Below are positions 38,970-51,928 of a stretch of 64,000 bases of DNA, piece after piece. The first letter of the stretch is position 1. Each line of letters opens with the position of its first letter. The DNA comes from Felis catus (Eukaryota), in NCBI RefSeq assembly GCF_018350175.1, contig NC_058368.1, positions 173,912,001-173,976,000 on the forward strand, read 5' to 3'. The translations under genes and the position numbers were made by a program. The notes below the pieces were generated by a model, which had not been told where the DNA came from, searched no databases, and saw only the letters and a list, made by a program, of their open reading frames with translations.

Positions 38970-39435
38970 TGTGATAGGATGAATGATGGCATTCAAAGAT
39001 GTGTACATCCTAATCCGTGGAACCTGTGAATATGTTACCTTACCTGATAAAAACAAATTTGGATATATGAGTAAATGAGGCATTGGAGATGGAAAGATTA
39101 TCCTGTAATATCCTGTGAGTCAGGTGTAATAACAAGGGTCTTTCTAAGAGGGGGACAAATGGATGAGAAAGAGAAAAGGGAAGTATAACATTTGAACCTT
39201 TGAGGTTTAAATGATACACATGGAAGATATAGGAAGAGGCCAATTGCCAAGGAATGCAGGCAGGCTCAATAAGCTGGAAGAGCAAGGAAACAGATTCCTC
39301 CTTGGGCTTCCAGAAGGGACACATCCCTGCCAACACCTTGATTTTAGACTTTTGGCCTCCAGACTATAAAAGAATAAATTGGTGTTTGAAGCCACTAAGT
39401 TGTCATTTGTTTCAGCAGCAATAGGAAAGTAATAC
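38970..39435 (+). mobile_element. MLT1-type MaLR LTR
   Basis: cctaatccgtggaacctgtgaatatgttacctta...tttgtttcagcagcaataggaaagtaataca. Confidence 0.8.
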
Positions 39436-39938
39436 ACATGCAGTACAATTTGGTGGATTTTTGTATATTCACAGAGCTATACAATTTATCATCACAATCA
39501 ATTTTAGAACATTTTGTCACCTTCTTCCTCCAAAAACTCCACCCATTAGTGGTCACTCCTGTTTTCCACTTGTAGGTACCCATGTGGCATTAAATAAGTT
39601 CCCTAACTCATGTGAGCCTCTATTTCTTAATCTGTAGGGGGGATACTGCCCACTTCAAAAGATGTAAGAGTTCAATGAGATAATGTAGTGCTCAGCACAG
39701 TGCCTGAAGTCAGCATTCACTAGGCTGTTTACTATTTTTATTAAAATCAGTGAGGAGGCTGTTGCAGAAGTGCCAGGAGAGGTGAAGGAGAGGCTGAACG
39801 AGGCCAGTGGCTGAGTGATGGAGAGGAGGGGATCTGGTTTCTCTGGGAAGCCCCAAGCCCTGTGATCCTCATCAGAGTCTGGTTTCACCTCCTTTCTTCA
39901 CTGGGAACTTGGTTTAAATCCGCGGGCTGGTCCCTTTC

Positions 39939-39957
39939 TGGCCACTAGAGGGCAGTG
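39939..39957 (+). promoter_or_regulatory. CTCF-binding motif in a small GC-rich element
   Basis: TGGCCACTAGAGGGCAGTG closely matches the CTCF consensus; a GC-box-like GGAGGCGGGCG and ATTGG lie within 50 bp. Confidence 0.7.
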
Positions 39958-41999
39958 GAGGCAAGGCCGCGCAGAGGGAGGCGGGCGTCCTGAAGATTGG
40001 CGCAGGTCTGTGCATTCAGCCTTTCTTCGTGCTCTGAAGCCTAATTGTGTATTTGCATTGTGCTCTCCTCTCCCTCTTTGCTCTGTGTAGCTGATGGCAT
40101 TTTTTCAAACACTGCATTGGTGGGCACCTCTGAGTTCTTGTTCCATCTGTGGCCTGGGGTTAGTCATGGCTCAAGCCTCTCGCTTTCTGGCAGCTGTATT
40201 TATTTCTGAAGGACACAAGTAGCTGCAGAACATGGTGGCCTGGGCTCTGCAGCTCAGTAGATCCTAGGACAAACCTCAGTTTTTCTTTTGCCAGTTCAAA
40301 CATGGGGACTATCCCATCTTGCATTCCTCCCCTGCCCCCCAGGCCATATCAGTACCACCCAAATCGCGTGGACTGAGGTGGCAGGTGGTGGAGTGTGGTG
40401 GGTATGATTCCTCAAAGAAAATTCAGATGATTTCACTAGAGGAAGGAAGAGTGGATGTTTAGGCAAAATCCACAGATGTCGACTACAGCTACTATGTGGG
40501 AAGAGAATAATCCACTGGCTAAGAGCTCTGGCCTGGGACTCCAGTTCCCTGTGAGAGAATCCCAGTTTCACCATTCAAAAGTTGTGTGACCGTGGCCGGC
40601 TCACTCACCTGTCAGTCTGACTCTCAGTGTCCCATCTACAAAGCGGGAGTGATGGATCAACATTGTAGGCCTGAATCAGTTGGGAAAGCACATTGTAGAG
40701 GGATCAGGCAAGCTCCAGAGGGTGTCCCTGCAGTTTGACGTGGCATGAAGTCTGAAGTCTCCGCATTGTTACCTGATCAGTTCCAGGGCAGCTGTCCAAC
40801 AGACAGGCAGCCAAAGTCCTCTGGGTTCAAGTTCTCAATCTGCCACTTACTGGCTATGCACTTTCCTCCTCCATGAGTGAGGATCATCGTTCCTGCCTCC
40901 CAGGGTCGTTGGGAGAAGTGATGAGGTGACATACAGACAGTGCCTGGCACGTAGCAGTCTGTAACTAATGATAGACGTGTTCTCAGCACAATTACTACTC
41001 CAGAGCATGTTAGGAGTCCAGGTGCGACTCTGGCAGGACAGGCCACGTGCTCTGTGAACAAACAACCATCCTTCTGGATAGAGTGCATTTGGCTATCAGC
41101 TGGGGCCTTGGGAGGCTTTGTGTAGCCTGGCCCTTCCCTCCTTCCTTTCAGCTTGAGGAGGGTACACCCTCACAGAGGTTCATGTTTCACTCTTAATTAC
41201 CCCTCGGGCTCTACTATCAGCCTTTCATTTCCACTCCCAGTCAGACAGGTTGAATAGAATCTCATCTGGAGTGTGTTAACTATTCTCCCCATCATTGGCA
41301 GAGATCTGGAATCGGCTCTGCATTAGGACAAGCTGTAAATAAACACATATTCGCTTAAATGTGGCTCCTGCTCCTATCCCATAGCCTTATCTTAGATTTG
41401 GGCAGCTTTAAGTCATGGAACACAGAGTGTTTGGAAAAGACCTTAGAAATCATTGAATCCAGTCTACCCATTTTACAGAAGAGTAAATTGAAGGTATTTA
41501 GTTAAGTCACCCATGTTTACATAGACAACTTGAGGTTACAGATAAAGATGGAAATGAGGTCTTTTACTCTTAGTCCAAAACTTTCCATAGTAACCCAGTA
41601 CTGCAGTCAGTCATTCACTCATTCCTTCAAAAAAATGCGTACCGAGCATCTCCCTACCTATACCTTGTCCTTTTGTGGGCATTGGAAAAACAGATAAGGA
41701 ATGATTTGCCCTTGAAGTGCTTATGAACTCTTTGTCCATTGGTCCATCTATCCATCTAATGCGTGTGTCTCTTCATTCATCCATTTCTCTGTGTATCCAT
41801 TTACCTTTCTCCTGTCCATCTTTTCATCCATCCCTTAATCTTCATCCTTTTGTACATTTGTTTTTGTCCATTTATCTCACCATAGACTGTCCACCACATT
41901 TATTTATCTTTTTGTCTGTTTTCTTGCCCACCTGTCATCTGTTCCTGTTTCCATCCAATCTACTTCTCTTTTGATCCACCCATTGGTCTCTTCATCTAG

Positions 42000-42216
42000 T
42001 ATATCATTTTGGGAGAGTGTGTGCAAATCTTTTGTCTGCTTAGGAAATTGAATTGTTTTCTTATTGAGTTGTAAGATTTAAATATAAATTCTAGGGGCAC
42101 CTAGGTGGCTCAGTTGGTTGAGTGTCTGACTCTTGATTTTGGCTCAGGTTGTGATCCCAGGGTTGTGGAATTGAGCCCTGCATCAGGCTGCATGCTGAGC
42201 ACAGAGCCTGCTTGGG

Positions 42217-42257
<41 letters not shown>

Positions 42258-43423
42258 CTCCCCTGCTCATGCCTTCATGCTTTCTCAAAATAAATAAATA
42301 GAGGCACCTTGGTGGCTCAGTCAGTTAAGCGTCTGTCTCTTGGTCTTGGCTCAGGCCATGATCTCACGGTTTGTGAGTCTGGTCTGAGCTCTACATCAGG
42401 CTCTGCGCTGACAGTGTGGAGACTGGTTGGGGTTCTCTTTCTTCCCCTTTCTGTCTGCCCCTCCCCACTTGTACATGTACTCTCTCCCTCTCTCTCAAGA
42501 TAAAGAAACTTAAAAATAAATAAACATTCAAAAATAAATATATTGAGGCGCCTGGGTGGCTCAGTCGGTTGAGCGGCTGACTTCGGCTCAGGTCACGATC
42601 TCGCGGTCCGTGAGTTTGAGCCCCGTGTTGGGCTCTGTGCTGACAGCTCGGAGCCTGGAGCCTGTTTCGGATTCTGTGTCTCCCTCTCTCTGACCCTCCC
42701 CCGTTTAAACTCTGTCTCTCTCTGTCTCAAAAATAAATAAACGTTTAAAAAAATTTTTTTTAAATAAAAAAATAAATATAAATTCTGGATTAAAGTTGTT
42801 TATCAGATAAACACTTTGTCAGATTAACATTTTTTCTCCATATGTGGCTTGTCTTTTCATTCTTTTAACAGTGTTCCAAAGAATAGCACATGAATTTTAG
42901 TGAAGTCCAACTTATTAAACTTTTCTTTTATGGATCTGTCTTTATCATAAATTTGTGCCTAGCATAAGGTCACAAAGATTTTCTGCTGTTTTTGTTCTGT
43001 AAGTCTTATTGTTTCAGGTTTTACCTTTAGGTCTATGAAGGATTTTGAGGTAATGTTTGTATATTGTACAAGGTATAGAGCCAAGCTCGTTTATTTGTTC
43101 TTTTCTTTACCTCTTCCTTCCTCCCTCCCTTCCTTCCTTTCTTCCTTCCTTCCTCTTTCTGGCTCTCTCTGTCTCTGTCTCTCTTTCTCTCTTTCTTTGG
43201 CATATGAATATCCAGTTGTTTTAGCATCATTTGTTGAAAATACTGCTTTCTCTGGGGTGCCTGGGTGGCTCAATCGCTTAAGTGACTGACTCTTGATTTC
43301 GGCTTAGATCATGATCTCACGGTTGTGGGATTGAGCCCTGTGTTGTGCTCCTCCCTGCGCATAGAGCCTGCCTGGGATTCTCTCTCTGCCCCTCCCCCAT
43401 CTCTTTCTCTCAAAAAAAAAAAA

Positions 43424-43455
<32 letters not shown>

Positions 43456-43613
43456 AAAGAAAAGGACTGCTTTCTCTAATGAATTGCCCTTGCACCTTTG
43501 TTAAAATCAAACATTCACTCCATTAGCAATGAGTACACACCTAATGCCCAGATCTTGTTTTTCTTTTCTTTTCTTTTCCTTTCTTTTCTTTTCTTTCCTT
43601 GTTTTTTTAATTT

Positions 43614-43645
<32 letters not shown>

Positions 43646-44824
43646 GGGAGAGAGAGAGAATCTTAAGCAGGCTCTATGCTCAGTGCAGAACCTGACACAG
43701 GGCTCATTCTATGACCCTGGGATCATGACCTGGGCTGAAATCAAGAGTCAGGCGCTCAGCTGACTGAGTCATCCAACACCCCTAGATCTTGTTTTTTAGT
43801 ACCATTTGTCAATAAAATGATCCAGGGCTTCTTGGAGAGGTGGATAATTTTAGGACTGGGGCAGGAAATATGCAAGATGGACCTGGAGCATCTTGTAGCA
43901 CCGGAAGTGAAGTGCTGAAAAAGGAAAATCCTATGTTGATGGGATTTTGTCCAAAGAACACAGCAGCCAACTCAAGGAGCTCTCGAAGGCCAATTTGAAC
44001 AATTTGATCAACAGTATGTAAATAAAGTAGTATTGGATTATAATCCAAGGTATAAAACAAATATCCATGAGTCTATAGTGATATAAGTTACTAAATAAAT
44101 AAATGAGAAGAGAAAAATTTCTTTTGCAAAAGCATTTCAAGTAATTTATGTAGATATTCCACCCTTAAGGAAGCGGGGTATAACTGTCCACTCCTCAGGT
44201 GTGGGCTGTGTGTAGTGACTTTCTTCTGAAGAGTACAGTATAGAAAAGAGGGGAGGGGAAGAATACTTTTACAGTGGAGAAATGTAACAGACACTGTCTC
44301 AGGTAATGAAGGTTAACTTCATCAGATAAATCACGTTGATAGTATATAACCTTGGTATAACATAAGCACTTTTTTCCCAGCCTAATGCAAAAAACATCAG
44401 ACAAATCCCAGTTGGGGGATATTCTACAAAATACTTGTCCAGCACTCTTCAAACCTGTCAAGGTCATCAAAAACAAGGAAAGTCTGAGAAACTGTCATAG
44501 CTAAGAGGAGCCTAGGGAGACATAACAACTAGATGTAATTTGGAACAGAAAAAGATGTTAGTTAAAACTAAGGAAATTTGAGTAAATGATGGACTTTAGT
44601 TAATAACAATGTATCAACATTAGTTCATTAAATATAACAAATGTATTATATTAATATAGGATGTTAATAATAGGGGAAACTTGATGAGAGACATATAGGA
44701 ACTTTATGTGCTATCTTCTCAATTTTTCTGTAAATATAAAGCTATTCTAATAAATGAAATCTGTATTGTAAAACTCCATTGTGTGTGTGTGTTTGTCGAA
44801 TATGTGTGTGTGTGTATGTGTATG

Positions 44825-44879
<55 letters not shown>

Positions 44880-45360
44880 TGCATCATTGATCTATTTGCT
44901 TTTTTTATGCCAACATCAGACTATTTTGGTTGTTAAAACTTTATAACAAATCTTGCAATCAGGTAGTAGTAGCTTTCCAATTTTGTTCTTTTTTTCAAAG
45001 TTGTTTTGGCTATTCTAGTTTTTTTTCCATTTCACATGAACTTTAGAATCAGTTTGTCAATTAAAAAAAATGCCTGCCGCATCTTGATTGGTGTTACATT
45101 GATCAAACTGGGGAGAATTGACTTCTTATCAATATTGGGTTTTTCAAGCCATGGGCTAGCTCTCCATTTATTTACATCATCTGTAATTTTTTTCTCAGCT
45201 ATATTTTGTAGTTTTTAGCTTATAGATCGTTCACAGCTTTTGTCGGATTTAACCCTAAGTATTTCATATTTTCCAATGCTATATGTAAAGAGTGTTTTTA
45301 TTTTAATTTCTGGTTGCTCATTTCTAATATATAGAAATGCAACTGAGTTTTGCATACTGA
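42000..45360. mobile_element. Old L1 fragments (minus, with a plus L1MC-like 3' end at about 43810-44760) and SINEs (42094-42775, 43254-43460, 43600-43783)
   Basis: L1 and SINE consensus motifs; (GAAA)n and (TA)n tails. Confidence 0.75.
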
Positions 45361-45542
45361 TCTTTATAATAGGAGAGACAGACTGGTCATAGAGATGCTT
45401 AGAGAGGAAGGCCATGTGAAGGTGGGGGGAGGTTGGGGTTATGCTGCCATGAGCCAAGGGACACCAGACATTGGGAGAGGCAAGGAAAATTTCTCTCCTG
45501 GAGACTTTGTAGGGAATGTGGTCCTGCTGACATCTTGATTTT

Positions 45543-47520
45543 CTTGTGTTTTTAATTTAAAATTTAAAATTTTAATTGCAATATCATTAACATACATTGT
45601 TATATTAGTTTCTGGTGTGCAATTAGAATGATTCAACTATTCTATACATTACTCAGGGCTCATCATAATAAGTGTACTCTTAATCCCCTTCACCTCTTTC
45701 ACCCATCCTCCCACCCACCTCCCCTCTGGTAACCATCAGTTTATTCTCTAGAGGTAAGAGTCTGTTTTTTGTCTCTTTTTTTCTCTGTTTTGTATCTTAA
45801 ATTACACATATAAGTGAAATCATATGGTATTTGTCTTTCTCTGATTTTTTTGCTTGTACTCTCTAGATCCATCCACGTTGTTGCAAATGGCAAGATTTCA
45901 TTCTTTTTTATGGCTGAAAACACACACACACAATGGAATATTATTAGATATAGACACAGATATAGATATTATATCGATATAGACGTAGATATATATACCA
46001 TATCTTCTTTATCCATTCATCTATTAATGGACACTTGGGGGCTTCCATAATTTGTCTTTTGTAAATAATAGTGCAATAAATATAGAGGTGCATATATCTT
46101 TTCAAATTAGTGTTTTTGTGTTCTCTGGGTAAATATCCACTAGTGGAATTACTGGAAAATAAGGTCTATTTTCAATTTTTTGAGGAATCTTCATACTGGT
46201 TTTCACAGTGGCTGCACCAGTTTGCATTCCCATGAACTTTGCATGAGGGTTCCTCTTTCTCCACATCCTCTCCACTTGATGTTTCTTGTGTTTTTGATTT
46301 TAGCTGTTCTGACAGGTGTGAGGTGATTTCTCATTGTAGTTTTGATTTGCATTTCCCTGATGATGAGTGATGTTGAGCATCTTTTCATGTGTCCATTGGC
46401 CATCTGGATGTCTTCTTTGGAGCAATGTCTGTTTATGTTTTGCCCATTTTTAAATTAGATTATTTGTTTTTTGGGTGTTGGGTTGTATAAGTTCTTTATA
46501 TATTTTGGATACTAACCCTTTTTTGGATGTGTCATTTGCAAATATCTTCTCTCATTCAGTAGATTGTTTTTTAATTTTGTTGATTGCTTTCTTTGCTGTG
46601 CAGAAGCTTTTTATTTTGATGCAGTCCCGAGAGTTTATTTTTGCTTTTGTTTCCCTTGTCTTAGGAGACATATCTAGAAAAAAGTTGCTGTGGCTGATGT
46701 CAGAGAACTTACTGCCTATGTTCTCTTCTAGGATTTTTATGGCTTCAGGTGTCACATTTAGGTACTTAATCCATTTTGAGTTTATTTTTGTGCGTGGTGT
46801 AAGGAAGTGGTCCAGTTTCATTCTTTTGCATGTAGCTGTACAGTTTTCCCAACATCATTTGTTGAAGAGACTGTCTTTTTCCCATTGAATACTCTTTTCT
46901 GCTTTGTTGAATATTAACTGACCATATAATTGTGGGTTTATTTCTGGGCTCTCAATTCTGTTCCATTGATCTATGTGTCTGTTTTTGTGCCAGTACCATA
47001 CAGTTTTGATTGCTATAGCTTTGTAGTATATCTTGAAATCTGAGATTTTGATACCTCCAGTTTTGTTTTCAAGATTGCTTGGGCTATTCAGGGTCTTTTC
47101 TGATTCCATACACATTTTAGGTTTGTTTTTTTTTCTAGTTCTGTGAAAAATACTGTTGGTATTTTGATAGCTTTGGGTAGTATGGACTTTTTAACAATAT
47201 TTGTTCTTCCAACCCATGAGCACGGAATGTCTTTCCGTTTGTTTGCACCATCTTCAATTTCTTTCACCAATGTTTTGTAGTTTTCAAAGTACAGATCTTT
47301 TACCTCCTTGGTTAAGTTTACTCCTAAGTATCTTATCATTTTGGGTGCAGTTGTAAATGAGATTGTTTTCTTAATTTCTCTTTCCACTACTTCATTATTA
47401 GTTTATAGAAATGCAATGGATTTCTGTATATTGATTTTGTATCCTGCAACTTTACTAAATTCATTGATCAGTTCTAGTAGTTTTTTGGTGGAGTCTTTAG
47501 GGTTTTCTTTACATAGTGTG
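45543..47520 (-). mobile_element. 5'-truncated carnivore L1 inserted into an MLT LTR (about 45370-45542 and 47521-47635)
   Basis: ORF2 peptides ([32 protein letters not shown]); 17-bp TSD GCTGACATCTTGATTTT at 45526-45542 and 47521-47537. Confidence 0.92.
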
Positions 47521-47830
47521 GCTGACATCTTGATTTTGAACTTCTGACTCTAGAATGGTGAGATAATAAATTTGTTGTATTAAGCCACAAAGTTTGTGGT
47601 AATTTGTTATGGAAGATCTCAGAAACTAATACAAGGGCCCTAGGTATTGTCATGAAGCACAGCTTGAAGAGGCCCCAAGATCACCTTCCTCAGAGAGGGC
47701 CATATCATGTCTGACAATATTCATGAAGATATTGACTTGATGCTCAAAGATAAAACCTAAACACACTTCTTATGGGGATGGCCCTGGGATTGTCAGCTGC
47801 CACAAAGAGGTGGGCCTGGGTATGGTTGTG

Positions 47831-47832
<2 letters not shown>

Positions 47833-47871
<39 letters not shown>
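47833..47871. repeat. (TG)n microsatellite
   Basis: Read directly from the sequence. Confidence 0.95.
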
Positions 47872-47872
<1 letters not shown>

Positions 47873-50190
47873 AGTGGGATGGCTATCATGATGAAAATGA
47901 TGAATATTCTCATTCCTCCTATTTCTAGTTCATTCTGATTTCCTTCAGTCATTTTCCTTGTTTCCCACTCGCTGCACTACTCTTTTCCTCATATTGACCA
48001 CCATTGACATCTGGGTCATCCTTTTTCTTTCAGATGGAACATTTTATAGAAGGTAAATATAAAACAGAGAGATCTCATTATGAGTTGAATATTTGTTCCA
48101 AGATATATTAACATTACAGACACTAAAGATCCTTAAGTAGCAAATATCCTTTTACTGTGTTTTGTTCTGATCATCTAGGATTTTACCATAGCAGTACTCT
48201 AAAAATGTACTATGACAAAGCCCACTCGGCTCTGTGTGACACTTAATAATTTTTTAAAAGTGCAAAAAAGTCACTTTTTAGGGTGAGAAGTGGGAAGAGC
48301 TGGCTCAAGACTAGAGTCAACACTCATGCTTCTAGCTCTGAATCCAGTTCCACCCCAGTCGAGGAGAGCAAACTGAATGTTACTTGAAGATTATATAGAG
48401 ACTTGCAAGCTTGTATAGAGAATGTTTTTCTTCCCTTCCAAGCTTTGATAAGATCTTTCTTCCCTTTTCTTTGTCATTCATCTGTCAGAGGGTAGAAGAA
48501 TAAAGAAAGCTGCTTTACTACCCCACCCCTGGACATCCATAGTATTCAGGTGTCAGAAGCCAAGGTCACTGCATACATGTTCCTACTTATGCCCTTTTAC
48601 ACAGAGCTGTCACTTATCATTTGGGACAGAGAGATGAACCAGTCCCCAGCAGCCTCCTTGACAATTCCCCCGCCGTCACACATACTTCAGTTCTGTGTTC
48701 AGTAATGCTCTAGAATATGGGAAAGTGTAGAAGGACAAGGAGTTGACTGCTTCACGTTTTTACTGCCCATCTACTCAGCTTTCATTAAAGGGGAAGGACT
48801 ATTAGGTGTGGATGTCAGCTAGTCTCACACCAAGAGATATAGGAACGTAAATGTCTCCTAACCCTTCTGAATTTAGGGTGAGCCATTCTAAACTTCTATT
48901 TCTTACTTTTGTGATATATGAGGCTGGTTATCTCCTACTGTCCCTGGAGGTTAAGTGGAGAATTTATTGCTCTATTATATCTGTATGACCCCACCCACCC
49001 TACGGTTTACCCTCGAGTTGTATAAAGTGAAGATACTGAGGGGCACCTGGATGGCTCAGTTGGTTGAGCATCTGATTTCAGCTCAGGTCATGATCTTGCA
49101 ATTTGTGAGTTCAAGCCCCACATCGGGCTTGCTCCTGTCAGCCGAAGAGCCCACTTTGGATCCTCTCTCCCCCTTCTCTCTTCCCCTGCCCTGCTTTCAT
49201 GCTCTTTTTCTCAAAAATAAATATAACATTAAAAAAAATCAAGTGAAAATATTGAGGGGGTAGGACTGCTTAAGCCAGATTCTGGGATTGGGTCTTCGTT
49301 TGATCTTGTCACTTTTGAAGGCTCCTGAAAATATGCATAGGGACATTTTTTTTTTCCTTTCTAATGAAAGGATTAGGAAAAATAATGAACTTAATATTTG
49401 GACATGTGACCAGGTACAAATGGAGGAAGCCGGAATTGTGGTGACTTTGTAGTGCTATTATTACTCTCCCTCCATGGCCTGGGACACAGTTTAGAAGGTG
49501 AAGCAGGCAATCAGTAGGCACTGAAGTTAATCTTTTCCTTTTTCTAGTCCAAGCTAATGATAGCCTATAAACCTTGATCTCAAATGTGACATGGACTAAA
49601 CACATACCATGCTCCTATGAGAAGGAATAAATCTGTTTGGAAAGTAAAATATACTCTTTGGAGAATATATTAATAGGAGTGCTATTTTTTCTCTACAGGG
49701 AATGAAAGGTTTCTGAAATTCTCTACCTAGGAGGAGTTAGAGGAAGACTTTCTGGCTAAGTAGAAGAAGCACACCCACTAAGAGAGAACCCAGTGCAGTG
49801 ACCAGCACAGCTTGTGGAACCTGACACCCTTGACTCCTGGGAACGTGGAAGGAGTTGCTGCTCTATGAATTCCATCATTTTCTCAGGGTGTCTGTCTTTT
49901 TCTCCTAACTGCCTGTTTCTACTTAGAAAATTCAAGCCTTCAGATGCTGTTGCACTTATCACTTTGCTCAAGGTAGGAGGTTCTGTAATCACAGGAATGT
50001 CCAGCTGTGGGCTCTGCCTGGGTCTGGGGTTCCTCCTTATTCTGACTTTCCTTCTGTGCATGAAACACATCCTAAACCATAGTCTCCCCTCTGGCATCAG
50101 GCCCTTGACGGTATCCTCACGCCCATAAAGCCTATTCTGGTTTGAAAAGGTCCTGGGCTCTCTACAAAGGCTAACACCAATGTGACTTTT

Positions 50191-50411
50191 TTTTTAAAAT
50201 TTTTTTTTTAACGTTTATTTATTTTTGAGGCAGAGAGAGACAGAGCATGAACAGGGGAGGGGCAGAGAGAGAGGGAGACACAGAATTGGAAGCAGGCTCC
50301 AGGCTCTGAGCCATCAGCCCAGAGCCCGACGCGGGGCTCGAACTCACGGACCGTGAGATCGTGACCTGAGCTGAAGTCGGACGTCCAACCGACTGAGCCA
50401 CCCAGGAGCCC
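50191..50411 (-). mobile_element. SINEC_Fc inserted in the SPATA31-like pseudogene
   Basis: TSD CCAATGTGACTTTT at 50177 and 50412. Confidence 0.93.
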
Positions 50412-51697
50412 CCAATGTGACTTTTATCAGAGGACCTTGCTGACATTTGCCTTTTGCCTTGAACTGAAGCCTCTGAAGCAAACGACTCCTTATTTGTCTG
50501 AACTTAGTTTTATGAAGAGCCTGTCCCTTCTGTTCCAGGACCTGAGGTGTTCTTGCTTTAAAGGTCTCTGCTAATCTTCTGTCCTGAGCAGGTTGCTCTT
50601 TCCCTGGTGTGGAAGGTCTCTAATCCTGCATTTTCTTGTAGATGTTCTCCTGATTTGGCTTAGGGCCCTCTTTCACTTCATTTGGGTCTGCATTTGTCTT
50701 CTGACTCTTACCTGGGTCCTGAAGGCTAGGAGCTCCACGATCCTGCATCCAGCATTCTCCTTTGTCCTCCATGTGAATAGAAAGAATCTGGGAAGTGGCC
50801 ATGTCTCCACTGTGCACACACTGCATATGGGGTTGTGAGCTTTTAGCCACCAAACTGTCCTGAGTCATGTGATTCTTCTGTGGAAGTGCAATGAGCATGA
50901 CTATGTGGCTCAACCTTCAATTTGAGCTGTATCTTACTAAAAACATGGTCTTTAAGAAAAGTTTTTGCTAGATCTTGGGTCCGCAACATTCTCAGTGGTG
51001 GGGCCATTCCTTGGTTACGAACCACTCAGATCCCCATTTAGATTTTGGATGTTTCTCAGCTCAGTAGCTCAGAAGGTCTTTTTTTGGGGGGCGGGGGTGA
51101 TGAGATTCTAGCACCTGTCAAGTGGCTAAATCAATGAAGGACAGCCCCAAGGGCTATTCACGTGACATTCCTGAACCACTGAGGGTGCCAAGTTTCTGAT
51201 TTCCCTGTGGGTGTGAGACATTCCAGGAGGGAGGTAGAATAAAGTCGGCAGTGAGCCCTGCATGATGTACATTCACAGGGATCCTACCCTGATTGACTTT
51301 GCCCAAGTGTATGCTCAGGGTGTTTTTCCAATTGCTTCTCTACTAGGTTCTCCCTTGGATGCCTTGATAAATCATTGTCTGAATGACTCACCTCCCTTTT
51401 TGCTTCCTTCTTAGAGTCAGTTCTCAAACAGTGCATTGGATAACTGAGGCTTTTGCTGGATTATCTTTTGGACCCCATCACAGAATATACTCTTGTCCCC
51501 TCCACTAATTTCTTCACTAGGCTCCTCACATGGAAGCTTATTGGATTCCTTAATCCAATCTTCTGTGAATACTTGTTGCTTCACCCCTTAAAAACAGAGG
51601 GCATTGAGAGTCTGTCAGACAGGGTTCTAGGCAGGAGCAGAGGCTGAGCCTTGGGGTAGGGCAGGGGCTGTTTCTGGGGAAACTGTAGGGATTCTTT

Positions 51698-51928
51698 TTT
51701 TTTTTTTTAATTTTTTTTTTCAACGTTTATTTACTTTTTTGGGGACAGAGAGAGACAGAGCATGAACGGGGGAGGGGCAGAGAGAGAGGGAGACACAGAA
51801 TCGGAAACAGGCTCCAGGCTCTGAGCCATCGGCCCAGAGCCTGACGCGGGGCTCGAACTCACGGACTGCGAGATCATGACCTGGCTGAAGTCGGATGCTT
51901 AACCGACTGCGCCACCCAGGCGCCCCAT
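51698..51928 (-). mobile_element. SINEC_Fc inserted in the SPATA31-like pseudogene
   Basis: TSD CTG(T/A)AGGGATTCTTT at 51683 and 51929. Confidence 0.93.
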
